Assembly: GCA_965208435.1 (NCBI GenBank)
Contig: OZ242337.1
Span: 1,516,180 to 1,580,179, forward strand
Reading direction: 5' to 3'
Source: Candidatus Aldehydirespiratoraceae bacterium
GTDB lineage: Bacteria > Actinomycetota > Acidimicrobiia > Acidimicrobiales > Aldehydirespiratoraceae
DNA length: 64,000 bases
Position 1 is the stretch's first letter, and each line of letters begins with the position of its first letter. The notes beneath the pieces are model-generated. The model had not been told where the DNA came from. It searched no databases and saw nothing but the letters and a program-made list of their open reading frames with translations. Positions 1-8,441 of this stretch are shown piece after piece. Both the position numbers and the translations under genes were made by a program.

Positions 1-1
1 C

Positions 2-562
2 TCCACTCCGGTGGAGTGCGGCCGCAGCCGCAGCACCCAGCAGCGCTCTGACCTCGCGGGTTGGGCCGGCTACGGCTACTGCGCCTCGCACTCGAGGTGG
101 TTCTGGGGGCTGCGCCTGCACCTCATCACAACACCGTCGGGGCTGCCGGTCGCCTACGCGCTCACCGGCGCCAAAGCCGACGAGCGCGACACCTGCCTAG
201 AAATGATCGCCCACGCCAACATCGCCCGGTGTGGCCAGACGCTCATCGCCGACAACCGCTACCGGCGCGCCGGCTTCGAAGACGAACTCAACGCCGCGGG
301 CATCACACTCATCAGGCCTGCCACCAAAACAGAACCACCCCGACCCGGACGACAGTTCCTCAAACCGCTGCGCCAGATCATCGAATCAGTCAACTGGACC
401 CTCAAATCCCAACTCAGCCTCGAACGCCACCGCGGCCGCACCCGCACCGGTGTCGCCGCACGCATACTGCAACGAATACTCGCGCTCACCACAGCCATCT
501 GGCACAACCAAACCACCCAACAACCCGGCCCCGCCCGATCCCTGATCGCCTACGACCACTAA
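2..562 (+). mobile_element. IS982-family-like DDE transposase, C-terminal part; ORF open at left window edge
   Basis: Listed ORF 11..562 has no stop upstream back to nt 2. Motifs LIADNRY..AGF..EL, LIRPATK and SVNWTLKSQLSLERH resemble IS982-type transposase C-termini (from memory, not searched). Confidence 0.6.
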
Positions 563-605
563 CCCCTTGGAACTAATCATCTAGTTGTCAACCCCGTCGT
601 CTTGT

Positions 606-926
606 TCAACACGAAGCAACGGCCGCCAGTGCAGCACAGAGTTCGTAACGCCGATGTGAAATTGACCCGACACGTTCGGTCAGATGCGACTTGCGGACCA
701 TTACGAGGTTGTCGAAAACGGCCACACAGTCATCTGACAATCCGTCGGCCGAATCAAGGGGCACTTCGGTAGGAATCCCTCTGATCGTGCGGGTGATCGG
801 GGCGACCATGATCGCCTCGATCACAGGCACCACCTCGCTGCGCGTGACAACCAGGACCGGTCGGACCTTGTCCTCGCTCTCAGCCCACCAGATGTCACAC
901 TGGGCCGGGGTCACCACTTGTCCCAC
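606..926 (-). CDS. mazF: MazF/PemK-family type II toxin (mRNA interferase)
   Basis: 106 aa. GDIWWA-like CDIWWAE..RPVLVVT...VAPITRTIRGIPTEV pattern is typical of PemK/MazF. 16 nt overlap with the upstream RHH gene. Confidence 0.8.
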   Translation of the reverse strand: MGQVVTPAQCDIWWAESEDKVRPVLVVTRSEVVPVIEAIMVAPITRTIRGIPTEVPLDSADGLSDDCVAVFDNLVMVRKSHLTERVGSISHRRYELCAALAAVASC

Positions 927-1168
927 GGCTCTTCGGCAATCATGGCCTTCGCAGCCGCATCAGCCCCGCGGAGCTCCTCCTCGGTCTGGGGAACCCGCCG
1001 ATAAGCCTCCACGGTCGCCTCAGCGACTCTCCGCCGATCGCGCTCGGCGATCATGGCCTCCAGGGCCCGCCTCACCGCATCCGAACGCGACTCGACCTCG
1101 CCGCCTTCAACCATTTCATCCAATTGGACGACTAGCTCGTCGTCCACTCGCGTAACTAGTTGCATCAT
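911..1168 (-). CDS. Ribbon-helix-helix antitoxin (MazE/CopG-like)
   Basis: 85 aa. N-terminal V.VD..LV..LD..V......SRS..VR.AL RHH pattern. Overlaps the mazF start. Palindrome tgcatcatgca (1161-1171) spans its start codon. Confidence 0.65.
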   Translation of the reverse strand: MMQLVTRVDDELVVQLDEMVEGGEVESRSDAVRRALEAMIAERDRRRVAEATVEAYRRVPQTEEELRGADAAAKAMIAEEPWDKW

Positions 1169-1222
1169 GCATTCAGCATAACCACTCGCAATGCAAGACT
1201 CCAGTGGCTTGCTCTCCGCCGA

Positions 1223-1660
1223 CTAGACGACCGCGCAGCAAGCCGAGTCTTCGCGTTCGGCGGCAACAGGGTTCGCTACCACGATGTTCTCGCGTACCTC
1301 GTTGTCGCCGGACTTGACGTACCACTCCCACTCGACGCCTGCGGGATCGGTCACCCAGGTCTCGGTCTTGTCGGCGTAGCAGCACATCGTCTCGTCAACG
1401 CCTGAGGTGTTCAGCCCCGCGGCCACAAGACGCCGTTGCGCCGAGAAGACTTCCTCGGGGGTTTCGGTCTCGACACCGAGATGGTTGATCGTTCCGCCCT
1501 GCCCAGCGGTCTCGAAGAGCACAAGCTTCAGCGGGGGTTCGTCGACCGCGAAGTTGGCGTAGCCGTCGCGTCGCTTGGCGGGTTCCACCCCGAAGAGCTT
1601 CGAGTAGAAGTCGACCGCCTCGTCGATGTCTTCAACGTTGAGAGCCAGCTGTAGTCGCAT
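1223..1660 (-). CDS. cadI: ArsI/CadI-family VOC (glyoxalase-fold) metalloenzyme
   Basis: MRLQLALNVEDIDEAVDFYSKLFG..PAKRR.GYANFAV..PPLKLVL plus vicinal Cys pairs (TMCCYA, SACCAV) closely resemble mycobacterial CadI. Confidence 0.8.
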   Translation of the reverse strand: MRLQLALNVEDIDEAVDFYSKLFGVEPAKRRDGYANFAVDEPPLKLVLFETAGQGGTINHLGVETETPEEVFSAQRRLVAAGLNTSGVDETMCCYADKTETWVTDPAGVEWEWYVKSGDNEVRENIVVANPVAAEREDSACCAVV

Positions 1661-1704
1661 ACGTTCAGCGTACCGGCAGGATTAGGACCACAGGGTCCTG
1701 GTCG

Positions 1705-2103
1705 TCATTCGCTGAGGACGCGGACGGGACAACGCGGACCCGGCGCCCGCCCCAGCCGCGCGTCGCAGGTCAGCAGTTCGCAGTCGAGGGATTCCGCCAA
1801 GGCCACATACGTGGCGTCATAGGGGGTGACGGTCGACCGCAACTCATAGGCTCGTCGCAGAAACAGCGATGTGGGGTAGCGCCGGAAGGGAAGCGCAGCG
1901 AGAATGTCGACAGCCGATGCGAACCGATGCTCAGTGATGTCTTCGGCAATCCATCTCTTTCGCAGAACGGCTGCGGTTTCAACGTCAATCAAGTCCGGGA
2001 CGGAAGCTTCGCCCGCATCAGAGAGGGCACTTCGGGCTTCCGTGCCGCCGGGGCCGTCGTCCACAAGAAAGTTCGCCAGTACTGACGTATCGATGACGAT
2101 CAA
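1705..2103 (-). CDS. vapC: PIN-domain ribonuclease toxin VapC
   Basis: MIVIDTSVL.. N-terminus, acidic PIN residues, 132 aa, 4 nt overlap with the upstream antitoxin. Confidence 0.85.
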   Translation of the reverse strand: MIVIDTSVLANFLVDDGPGGTEARSALSDAGEASVPDLIDVETAAVLRKRWIAEDITEHRFASAVDILAALPFRRYPTSLFLRRAYELRSTVTPYDATYVALAESLDCELLTCDARLGRAPGPRCPVRVLSE

Positions 2104-2345
2104 CGCTCACCCCGAACCTCTTCAAGGTCGGCGACTGCCTGTTCGAATCCGACGGTTCCACCCGACATCCGCTCGATTCGGTCAATAACCTCGTCAAGGG
2201 TCGGGGTCTGAGCCAACCGGGTGAGTTCGGTCGTCAGATAGTGCTGCAGAGACAACCCGGCGGAGCGAGCCTGTTCAGTGAGCTTTCGGTGGACTTCTTC
2301 TGGCAGGTCTCGAATCAAGACGTTCGTCATGCTTGCATTATGCAA
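2100..2345 (-). CDS. vapB: VapB/FitA-like antitoxin (start may be ATG 2330)
   Basis: MTNVLIRDLPEEVHRKL..A...G.SL..YL pattern of FitA/Arc-type antitoxins. ATGA overlap with vapC. Confidence 0.7.
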   Translation of the reverse strand: MHNASMTNVLIRDLPEEVHRKLTEQARSAGLSLQHYLTTELTRLAQTPTLDEVIDRIERMSGGTVGFEQAVADLEEVRGER

Positions 2346-2348
2346 GCA
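2330..2348. promoter_or_regulatory. Perfect 9 bp-arm palindrome over the vapB start codon (candidate VapBC operator)
   Basis: tgcttgcat-t-atgcaagca read directly. It sits at the 5-prime end of vapB, where TA autoregulatory operators usually lie. Confidence 0.45.
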
Positions 2349-2375
2349 AATCCCCGGCTCCGCAATAGCAACGTG

Positions 2376-3188
2376 CTACAGACGCTCGTTGATCCAGGCG
2401 ACCACCCGGTCGATGACTTCGGTGCCGGTGGGCTCGTTGAACACCTCATGACGAAGCCCCGGGTAGACGATCCGCTCCGCGTTGGGCAGCGTCTCGAAGA
2501 TCTCCGACGCTTCGGGGGGCACCAGAGCATCATCGCCGCCGTGAACCACCAGAGTCGGCATCGTCACCCGCTCGATCCCCGCCCGCGCCTGCGATATTGC
2601 ACGCAGGATCTCTATGCCCATGCGCGCAGTCGGATTCGGCACCCGCAGCGGATCAGCGTAGAACAGCTCGCCGACCCTGGGGTCCGACGACAACAACGAG
2701 GGATCACCCTCGTCCTTGATCTCCAACGTCGGCAGCAGGCGGCCCAGCACCGGAGCGGCAATTCGCAGACGGCGCGGGATCTCAGCACCGAGCGCCGGAC
2801 CCGACAGCACCAGAAGGTCGGGTTCGGGCCGATCGTCGACAACGAAACGGGTGGCCATCAAGCCGCCCAGGGAGTGGCCCAGAAGGACCGTCGGCAGACC
2901 GAGCTTGCGCACCTCGAACAGCTGGTCCGCAACGTCGTCGGAGAACTGCGACCACCGGTCACAGTGCCCCCGACGACCCCCGCTGAGACCGTACCCGCGG
3001 TGGTCGATGGCAACCGTGTCGAATCCGGCCGCGGCGAAGCGGTCGCCCACATTCTGATAGCGCCCGCTGTGTTCCGCGATCCCGTGCAGCAACAGCACCG
3101 CCGCCCGCGCCGGGCCCGCCGGCCGCCAACGGCGGCGCAACTGAATCAGACCGTCGCGGGTGGTTCCATGATCGATGGTTGACGACAC
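2376..3188 (-). CDS. Alpha/beta hydrolase (lysophospholipase / monoacylglycerol lipase-like)
   Basis: HG..EHSGRY, GHSLGG nucleophile elbow, 270 aa. Confidence 0.8.
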   Translation of the reverse strand: MSSTIDHGTTRDGLIQLRRRWRPAGPARAAVLLLHGIAEHSGRYQNVGDRFAAAGFDTVAIDHRGYGLSGGRRGHCDRWSQFSDDVADQLFEVRKLGLPTVLLGHSLGGLMATRFVVDDRPEPDLLVLSGPALGAEIPRRLRIAAPVLGRLLPTLEIKDEGDPSLLSSDPRVGELFYADPLRVPNPTARMGIEILRAISQARAGIERVTMPTLVVHGGDDALVPPEASEIFETLPNAERIVYPGLRHEVFNEPTGTEVIDRVVAWINERL

Positions 3189-3210
3189 AAGACCTCTCAG
3201 TGCTCAGAGC

Positions 3211-3897
3211 TCAAGACTCGGGGTCGCCGCGCCACGGCGGAGTACGCGGGGGATCGAACTGGACGCCCACATCCTCACCGCGGATCGCGGCAAAAGCGTG
3301 GTCAGCCCACCAGTCGGGGTTGACGGTCGCCTCGGGAAGGGCGTCACGGGCGAAGAACCCGACGTCGGAGCATTCAAGCGGATGCGGTCGCATCTCACCC
3401 CCGGTGGCACGGCAGTGGAACACCAGCGACACCAGCGGAATCCGCGTGAATCCGCGGCGCTGCCCGTCGAGAATCGATATCGGTCGGATCACCTCGCACT
3501 CGATCCCGGTCTCCTCATAGACCTCCTTGATCACGATCTCCGCCGGTGAGTAGCCGACGTCGGCCCAGCCGGTCGGGTACAGCCAGACCCCTGAATCGGC
3601 CCGCTGAATCATCAACAGCTCGTTGTTTTCGTTGCCGACCACGGCACCGATCGTGATCTTCGGTGTGACATACCCCGACACACCGGAACCGACCCGGTCG
3701 AGCCACTCCTGGACCTGCTCCTCAGGATGAAAACCGCCTTCAACGTGGGAACGGATATCCGCCGCCACAGCCAGAACCTCTTCGAACCGCTCCTGTTCAT
3801 AGAGGTTGTCGGTGAACCCGAGACCGGTCCGCGCCGTTGCCGACAGTGCCTCTGCCCAGCGCAGAAGCACCCGTTCGTTGGCTCGGCGGACACTCAC
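3211..3897 (-). CDS. NUDIX hydrolase with N-terminal Nudix_N-type helical domain
   Basis: N-terminal LLRWAEAL.A.ARTGLGFT.N.YE.ERFEE pattern, followed by a Nudix-box-like segment (SPAEIVIKEVYEETGIE). Confidence 0.8.
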   Translation of the reverse strand: MSVRRANERVLLRWAEALSATARTGLGFTDNLYEQERFEEVLAVAADIRSHVEGGFHPEEQVQEWLDRVGSGVSGYVTPKITIGAVVGNENNELLMIQRADSGVWLYPTGWADVGYSPAEIVIKEVYEETGIECEVIRPISILDGQRRGFTRIPLVSLVFHCRATGGEMRPHPLECSDVGFFARDALPEATVNPDWWADHAFAAIRGEDVGVQFDPPRTPPWRGDPES

Positions 3898-4056
3898 ACC
3901 ACAACTCTAGGAGACTGCTGGCAATTGCGTTGCCGGCTGAGCCTGTCAGAGGTGTTAGGTGTGATAAAGGGCGTGCCGGAGTCGTTGTTCCGGGGCTGGC
4001 CGCTTTGTCCACACCCAAGGCATCGACAGCTTGAGCATTGCGACAACGCTAAGCGG

Positions 4057-4689
4057 TTAATGACCTTGTTCATTAGGTTCTTCGTTATGGTCCTCTGACT
4101 TCTCCAATTCACTGTCTAACTTGCGACTCAAGAAGCGAAATATCGAGTATATTAGCCCACTATAATGGTTCTCGGAGGACAGTCTTGACCCCAATAGAGT
4201 AGATCTAAGGATTTCGGCTTTTGATATTGCCTTTTGAGCGCGCTGGTCAAGTATATTTGCTTTTTTAGATGCTCGAAGCGGATCGTCAACGATGTTACGG
4301 AATCGAACACTATATACTCTATATTGATACTCATAGTAGTATAATTCTGCCCTCATACCAAACAACCAGATTTTCCCTAATCGTTTCCCTTGAGGAGTTT
4401 CATCATGATCTGGACTCACAGCTCGCAATCGGGACCACGCGGCGGCTTTGAGTGGGAATACCAAGATACATAAAATTAACGGAACAAACCCAGTTGTTCT
4501 AGTAGTAAGGCTCGTTATGCCGGCAATTTGAACAAGTAGTATATCAGCCAGTAAAGTTGCGAATGACAAACCAAACAATACGCTTCCTAAAAAAAATGAA
4601 ACTAGTGCGATTCGATCATGAGCAAAACTGAGACGTGAGGACTCCGATTGGTAATGGTCGCTCTCAAAAACAGGGGGACGCAACACCAT
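4057..4689 (-). CDS. Hypothetical 2-TM membrane protein in an AT-rich islet
   Basis: 210 aa ORF. Two hydrophobic helices (IALVSFFLGSVLFGLSFATLL; FVPLILCILVFPL) followed by a Tyr/charged helical tail. Local GC is about 40% versus about 65% in the flanks. Confidence 0.5.
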   Translation of the reverse strand: MVLRPPVFESDHYQSESSRLSFAHDRIALVSFFLGSVLFGLSFATLLADILLVQIAGITSLTTRTTGFVPLILCILVFPLKAAAWSRLRAVSPDHDETPQGKRLGKIWLFGMRAELYYYEYQYRVYSVRFRNIVDDPLRASKKANILDQRAQKAISKAEILRSTLLGSRLSSENHYSGLIYSIFRFLSRKLDSELEKSEDHNEEPNEQGH

Positions 4690-4901
4690 TAGCTACACCC
4701 CGATTTGACCCAACTAAAGCAATTTCCTGAACTACCTGAACCACCAGTTGGTTGAGTGAAACGTCGGACGACGGTTCTTGCCACAGTAACGCATTGACTT
4801 CGTGCACACGTTTGGAGTGTGCCAAAAATACGGGCAATTGGTTTTGCCACGATTCTCTTCACCTTCCTGCGAAGAGGTCTTGCATAAGGGAACAGAACCA
4901 T
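4689..4901 (-). CDS. Possible small basic Cys-containing protein coupled to the 2-TM gene (weak)
   Basis: Stop/start overlap TAATG at 4687-4691 with the downstream gene. 70 aa counted from the internal ATG. No recognisable motif. Confidence 0.25.
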   Translation of the reverse strand: MVLFPYARPLRRKVKRIVAKPIARIFGTLQTCARSQCVTVARTVVRRFTQPTGGSGSSGNCFSWVKSGCS

Positions 4902-5073
4902 AGTGCTGTGATGCGTGGTCCGCAACTCGGGTGATGGAAAGCTTTGGAAGTGTTTGGTACTGATTGGATGGTGCTGGTGGCGGGCGCGGCTGCGCCGACG
5001 CCGCCGCGACGTGATTGGCATCGGGCCAAGGTGGTGTTGATGGCTTCAGAGGGGTCGTCGCCGGTGATCAGGG

Positions 5074-7362
5074 CTAGGCGTCTGAGGCGATGGCGGTCAG
5101 GACGGCGATCTCGATCTCGCCGAGATAGTTTTTGTCGAGGATCTTCTGGTCGTTGGGTCCACGCACATAGAACGAGTCGACGACGTCGTCGCCCAGGGTC
5201 TGCACCTTCGCCGAGAAGATGTCGAGGTCCAAGTCGTGCAGGGCTCTGGTGATGCGATACAGCAGGCCGATCGAGTCCGGCCCTCGGACCTCGATGACCG
5301 TCGCATCCGAAGACAACTCGTTGTCGATGATCACTTCAGGCTCCGATGGACGAGCAGTGGTGATCCGCTGGAAACGGTAGGTACGGGCACGCTGCAACAG
5401 TCGGGCTCGCACGGCTAGACCTCCGGCGAGCGACAGGCGAATATCTTCCAGCACCCGCTCGGGACGTTCATCAAGGCCCACACCCCCGCCGACGCGCAGC
5501 ACCTCCAACGACATCGAATCCTCCGTGTGGAGCCGTGCCCCCAGAATCTCGACGCCGTGCAGCGCCAACGCTCCGGCGACACGGGAGAACACGCCCGGAC
5601 GGTCTGCGGTGATCACTGTCAACTCGTGGCCGTCGAGACGCACAAGCTCCTCACCTCGTGCCAGCAGCTCGGAATGCTCCTCAGTCGGGAACTGCGAGGT
5701 GAGCATCGTCCCGCCGGTTCGCAGGAAATGCGCGGTCCGGTTCACCAGCCTCTTCACCAGCTCCGCTTTCCAGCCGCCCCAGGCGGCCTTGCTGGTCGCA
5801 ATCGAATCAGCCTCGGTGAGCGCCCCAAGCAACTCGAGCGTGCCCACAGAGTCGATCTGTTCAGCAACGAACCGGATCGTCTCCTCCGCATCGAGGTCAC
5901 GCCGCGACGCCACATCGGGCAACAACAGGTGATGCCGCACCAACACGCCCAACGTCTCGATGTCGGCCGGCGGGTAACCCATGCGGGCAGCGATGCTCCG
6001 GGCCAGCCCGACCCCGACCTCGCTGTGGTCTCCCGGGTAGCCCTTGCCGATGTCGTGCAGCAGCCCACCGAGCACCAACAGGTCGGGACGCTCCACACGA
6101 TCAGCGATCGCAGCCGCCTCGGCCGCGGCCTCCAGCAGATGCCGATCGACGGTGAAACGGTGATACACGTTGCGTTGCGGGCGGCTCCGATTGGGTGTCC
6201 ACTCCGGGAACAGGCGGGATATCAGGTCAACCTGGTCGAGGGCTTCGATGACCCGGATCGCCTCGTAGCCCAGAAGCAGCAGGTCGACGAAGGTCTCGCG
6301 TGCCTCATCGGGCCATTGATCGGGCATCGGCGGGGTTTCAACGGCAAGCCTGTCGAGCACGTCACGCTCGATGAATGCGTCTTCGGTGGCGGCGATGTAG
6401 GCGACCCGCAGCGGCATCACCGGGTCCTCCGAGACCGCAGCGTCCTCGCCGAAACGCAGCGTCTCATCGACGATCTCGATGCCGTGGCCGAACTCGCGTA
6501 CCCTTGGCCGCCAGCGGCGACGGGTCGAGCGGACATGGATGCGGTGCATCACCGCGTCCATGGTCCAGGCGACGGATCGGGCCGCTGAGGCCACCGCAGC
6601 CATCAACTCGTCGGCGTTTGCGTAGCCGAGCGCCGCGGAAACCTCATCCTGGTCCTGCAGCAGCAGCCGGTTGCCGGACTGCCCGCTGAGCCTGTGGAGC
6701 TCGATGCGCGCCGACAGCAGGATCCGGTGCGGTTCGATCAGCTCGCTGCGTTCGGTCGCCTCCAACAAACCCTGGTCGGCCTGATCGATCCAGTGCAGGG
6801 AGTCGAGGTCGCGCAGCCCTCCCCTCGCCAGCTTCAGGTCGGGTTCGAGCAGGAACGCCACCTCACCGGCTGCGTCGTGGCGTTCACGTACCGACTCGAC
6901 GAGCACTCCGAGCATCTTGTCGGCGTTGTCACGCCACAGATCGTGCGCTTTCTTCTCCAGTTCGTCCACCAGACGCGCCTCACCGCCGATGAGGCGGATG
7001 TCGAGCAGCGAAGTGGCCGTGTCGAGGTCTTCGGCAGCCAGGTCGATCGCTTCGTCGATGGTCCTGACCGCGTGGCCGAGCTTGATCCCGCTGTCCCAGA
7101 TCGGGTACCAGATCCGCTCGGCGACTTCAGCGACATGGCCCGAGTCGTTGTGCACCAGCAGCAGGTCGAGGTCGCTTCCGATGCTCAGCGAACCCCGCCC
7201 GTAGCCTCCCACCGCCGCCAACGCCACGCCCCGGACTTCCTCCACGCCGTCCACGACCGACTCCAGCCATGCGTCTATCTCCGCTGTGTAGGCGCGGGAC
7301 AGGTCGGTGCCCACCAGGCTCCGATCGGCGAGAAGCGCTGAGGTTGCGGGGACTGCTTTCAT
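5074..7362 (-). CDS. glnD: [Protein-PII] uridylyltransferase/uridylyl-removing enzyme
   Basis: 762 aa. Nucleotidyltransferase N-terminus (GGYGRG..S.GSDLDLL), HD domain (LLHDIGKG) and two C-terminal ACT-like repeats. Confidence 0.9.
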   Translation of the reverse strand: MKAVPATSALLADRSLVGTDLSRAYTAEIDAWLESVVDGVEEVRGVALAAVGGYGRGSLSIGSDLDLLLVHNDSGHVAEVAERIWYPIWDSGIKLGHAVRTIDEAIDLAAEDLDTATSLLDIRLIGGEARLVDELEKKAHDLWRDNADKMLGVLVESVRERHDAAGEVAFLLEPDLKLARGGLRDLDSLHWIDQADQGLLEATERSELIEPHRILLSARIELHRLSGQSGNRLLLQDQDEVSAALGYANADELMAAVASAARSVAWTMDAVMHRIHVRSTRRRWRPRVREFGHGIEIVDETLRFGEDAAVSEDPVMPLRVAYIAATEDAFIERDVLDRLAVETPPMPDQWPDEARETFVDLLLLGYEAIRVIEALDQVDLISRLFPEWTPNRSRPQRNVYHRFTVDRHLLEAAAEAAAIADRVERPDLLVLGGLLHDIGKGYPGDHSEVGVGLARSIAARMGYPPADIETLGVLVRHHLLLPDVASRRDLDAEETIRFVAEQIDSVGTLELLGALTEADSIATSKAAWGGWKAELVKRLVNRTAHFLRTGGTMLTSQFPTEEHSELLARGEELVRLDGHELTVITADRPGVFSRVAGALALHGVEILGARLHTEDSMSLEVLRVGGGVGLDERPERVLEDIRLSLAGGLAVRARLLQRARTYRFQRITTARPSEPEVIIDNELSSDATVIEVRGPDSIGLLYRITRALHDLDLDIFSAKVQTLGDDVVDSFYVRGPNDQKILDKNYLGEIEIAVLTAIASDA

Positions 7363-7537
7363 GGAGCTTTCTATGGTGGTCGGGCACCACCAACTCTACC
7401 GACCAAAGTTTGGGCAGGTTGAGCCGAAATCTGCGCGTTCTACCACAGACAGTGTGGTTGATCGCGCAGATTTGGTTGTGGCCTCCGGGAGGACCGGTAG
7501 ATCCAAGACAAGACCCTTCGCTGCCCCAAGGTCGAGG

Positions 7538-8338
7538 TCAGTACGGCCAGTCCCGTGTGGTGTGACCGAATATCCGGGTCAGGGGATACAGCTTGAGCGT
7601 CAGGGCGCCCTTGATGATGACATTGCGCACGAACCAGCCGATCTGGAGCGCCTGACGCAGCGAGTTCGTGACCGACGCGGCGACAGACATCGGTTCGCGC
7701 CGGTACTCGGCCAACGACCCGCAGCGGCCGACATAGCGCCAGTGGCTAGTCACGAAGGTCGAGCTGAGCAGCGCCAGCGTCACACCGACCGAACTGAACG
7801 AGTCGTGGATCAGCATGGTGCCGCCGTCCGGTACTCGCCCACCCCAGTCGATGATGTCTCTCCGTGCCGGCCAGAAGCGGTGCGCGCCGTCGATGTAGAG
7901 CAGGTCGATGTCGCCCTCCACGTCACCGAGGGCGTCAACGGACATCTTGCGGATGTGCGTGACACGCTCGGCGACACCGGCCTGCTGGAGGTTGGCGGTG
8001 AAGGCGGCGTGATCGCTGTCTCCGAGCTGTTGATCGGGCGCGATCTCCTGGGGGCCGCGGTCACCGCCACCGTGCGGGTCGATCGACACGATCCGCGCGC
8101 CGGCGGGGGCGGCGACGGCAAGAACGATCAGCGAACGGCCCCGGAAACTCCCGATCTCGACGATCTGAGCGCCTTCTTGAAGTTCCCATGCACGCTCATG
8201 GAGCCGCCGGGCCTGCTCATCGGTCAACCAACCCTCAACGTCGGCAATTCCGGCTAGCACGTCTGGGAAGGGTTTGCGGACAGACACCGCCAGCGATCCT
8301 ACCGGGAGGCTCGCGGGGCCGGCTTGCGCCCCACGCAC
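7538..8338 (-). CDS. Class I SAM-dependent methyltransferase (Methyltransf_24-like); start uncertain
   Basis: VEIGSFRGRS..VLA, IDPH and LLYIDGAH motifs. The listed GTG start lies inside a 48 bp repeat copy. Confidence 0.65.
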   Translation of the reverse strand: MRGAQAGPASLPVGSLAVSVRKPFPDVLAGIADVEGWLTDEQARRLHERAWELQEGAQIVEIGSFRGRSLIVLAVAAPAGARIVSIDPHGGGDRGPQEIAPDQQLGDSDHAAFTANLQQAGVAERVTHIRKMSVDALGDVEGDIDLLYIDGAHRFWPARRDIIDWGGRVPDGGTMLIHDSFSSVGVTLALLSSTFVTSHWRYVGRCGSLAEYRREPMSVAASVTNSLRQALQIGWFVRNVIIKGALTLKLYPLTRIFGHTTRDWPY

Positions 8339-8419
8339 ACCTGAGTCGACATCGTCGTCGTGGGCACCGGACTACCGGGAGGCTCGCGGGGCCGGCTTGC
8401 GCCCCACGCACACCTGAGT
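8299..8419. repeat. 48 bp perfect direct repeat x2 (8299-8346 and 8372-8419)
   Basis: ctaccgggaggctcgcggggccggcttgcgccccacgcacacctgagt is read twice, period 73 bp, in the divergent region between the methyltransferase and hyuA. Confidence 0.9.
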
Positions 8420-8441
8420 TGCCGCCGATACGGTTATTGGC

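Noticed and set aside
3727-4112. Short ORFs (3727..4098 +, 3894..4112 -, 4152..4334 -, 4269..4451 +) around the AT-rich islet.
   Set aside because: They overlap the NUDIX or 2-TM genes, lack start context, and their sequences show no recognisable features.
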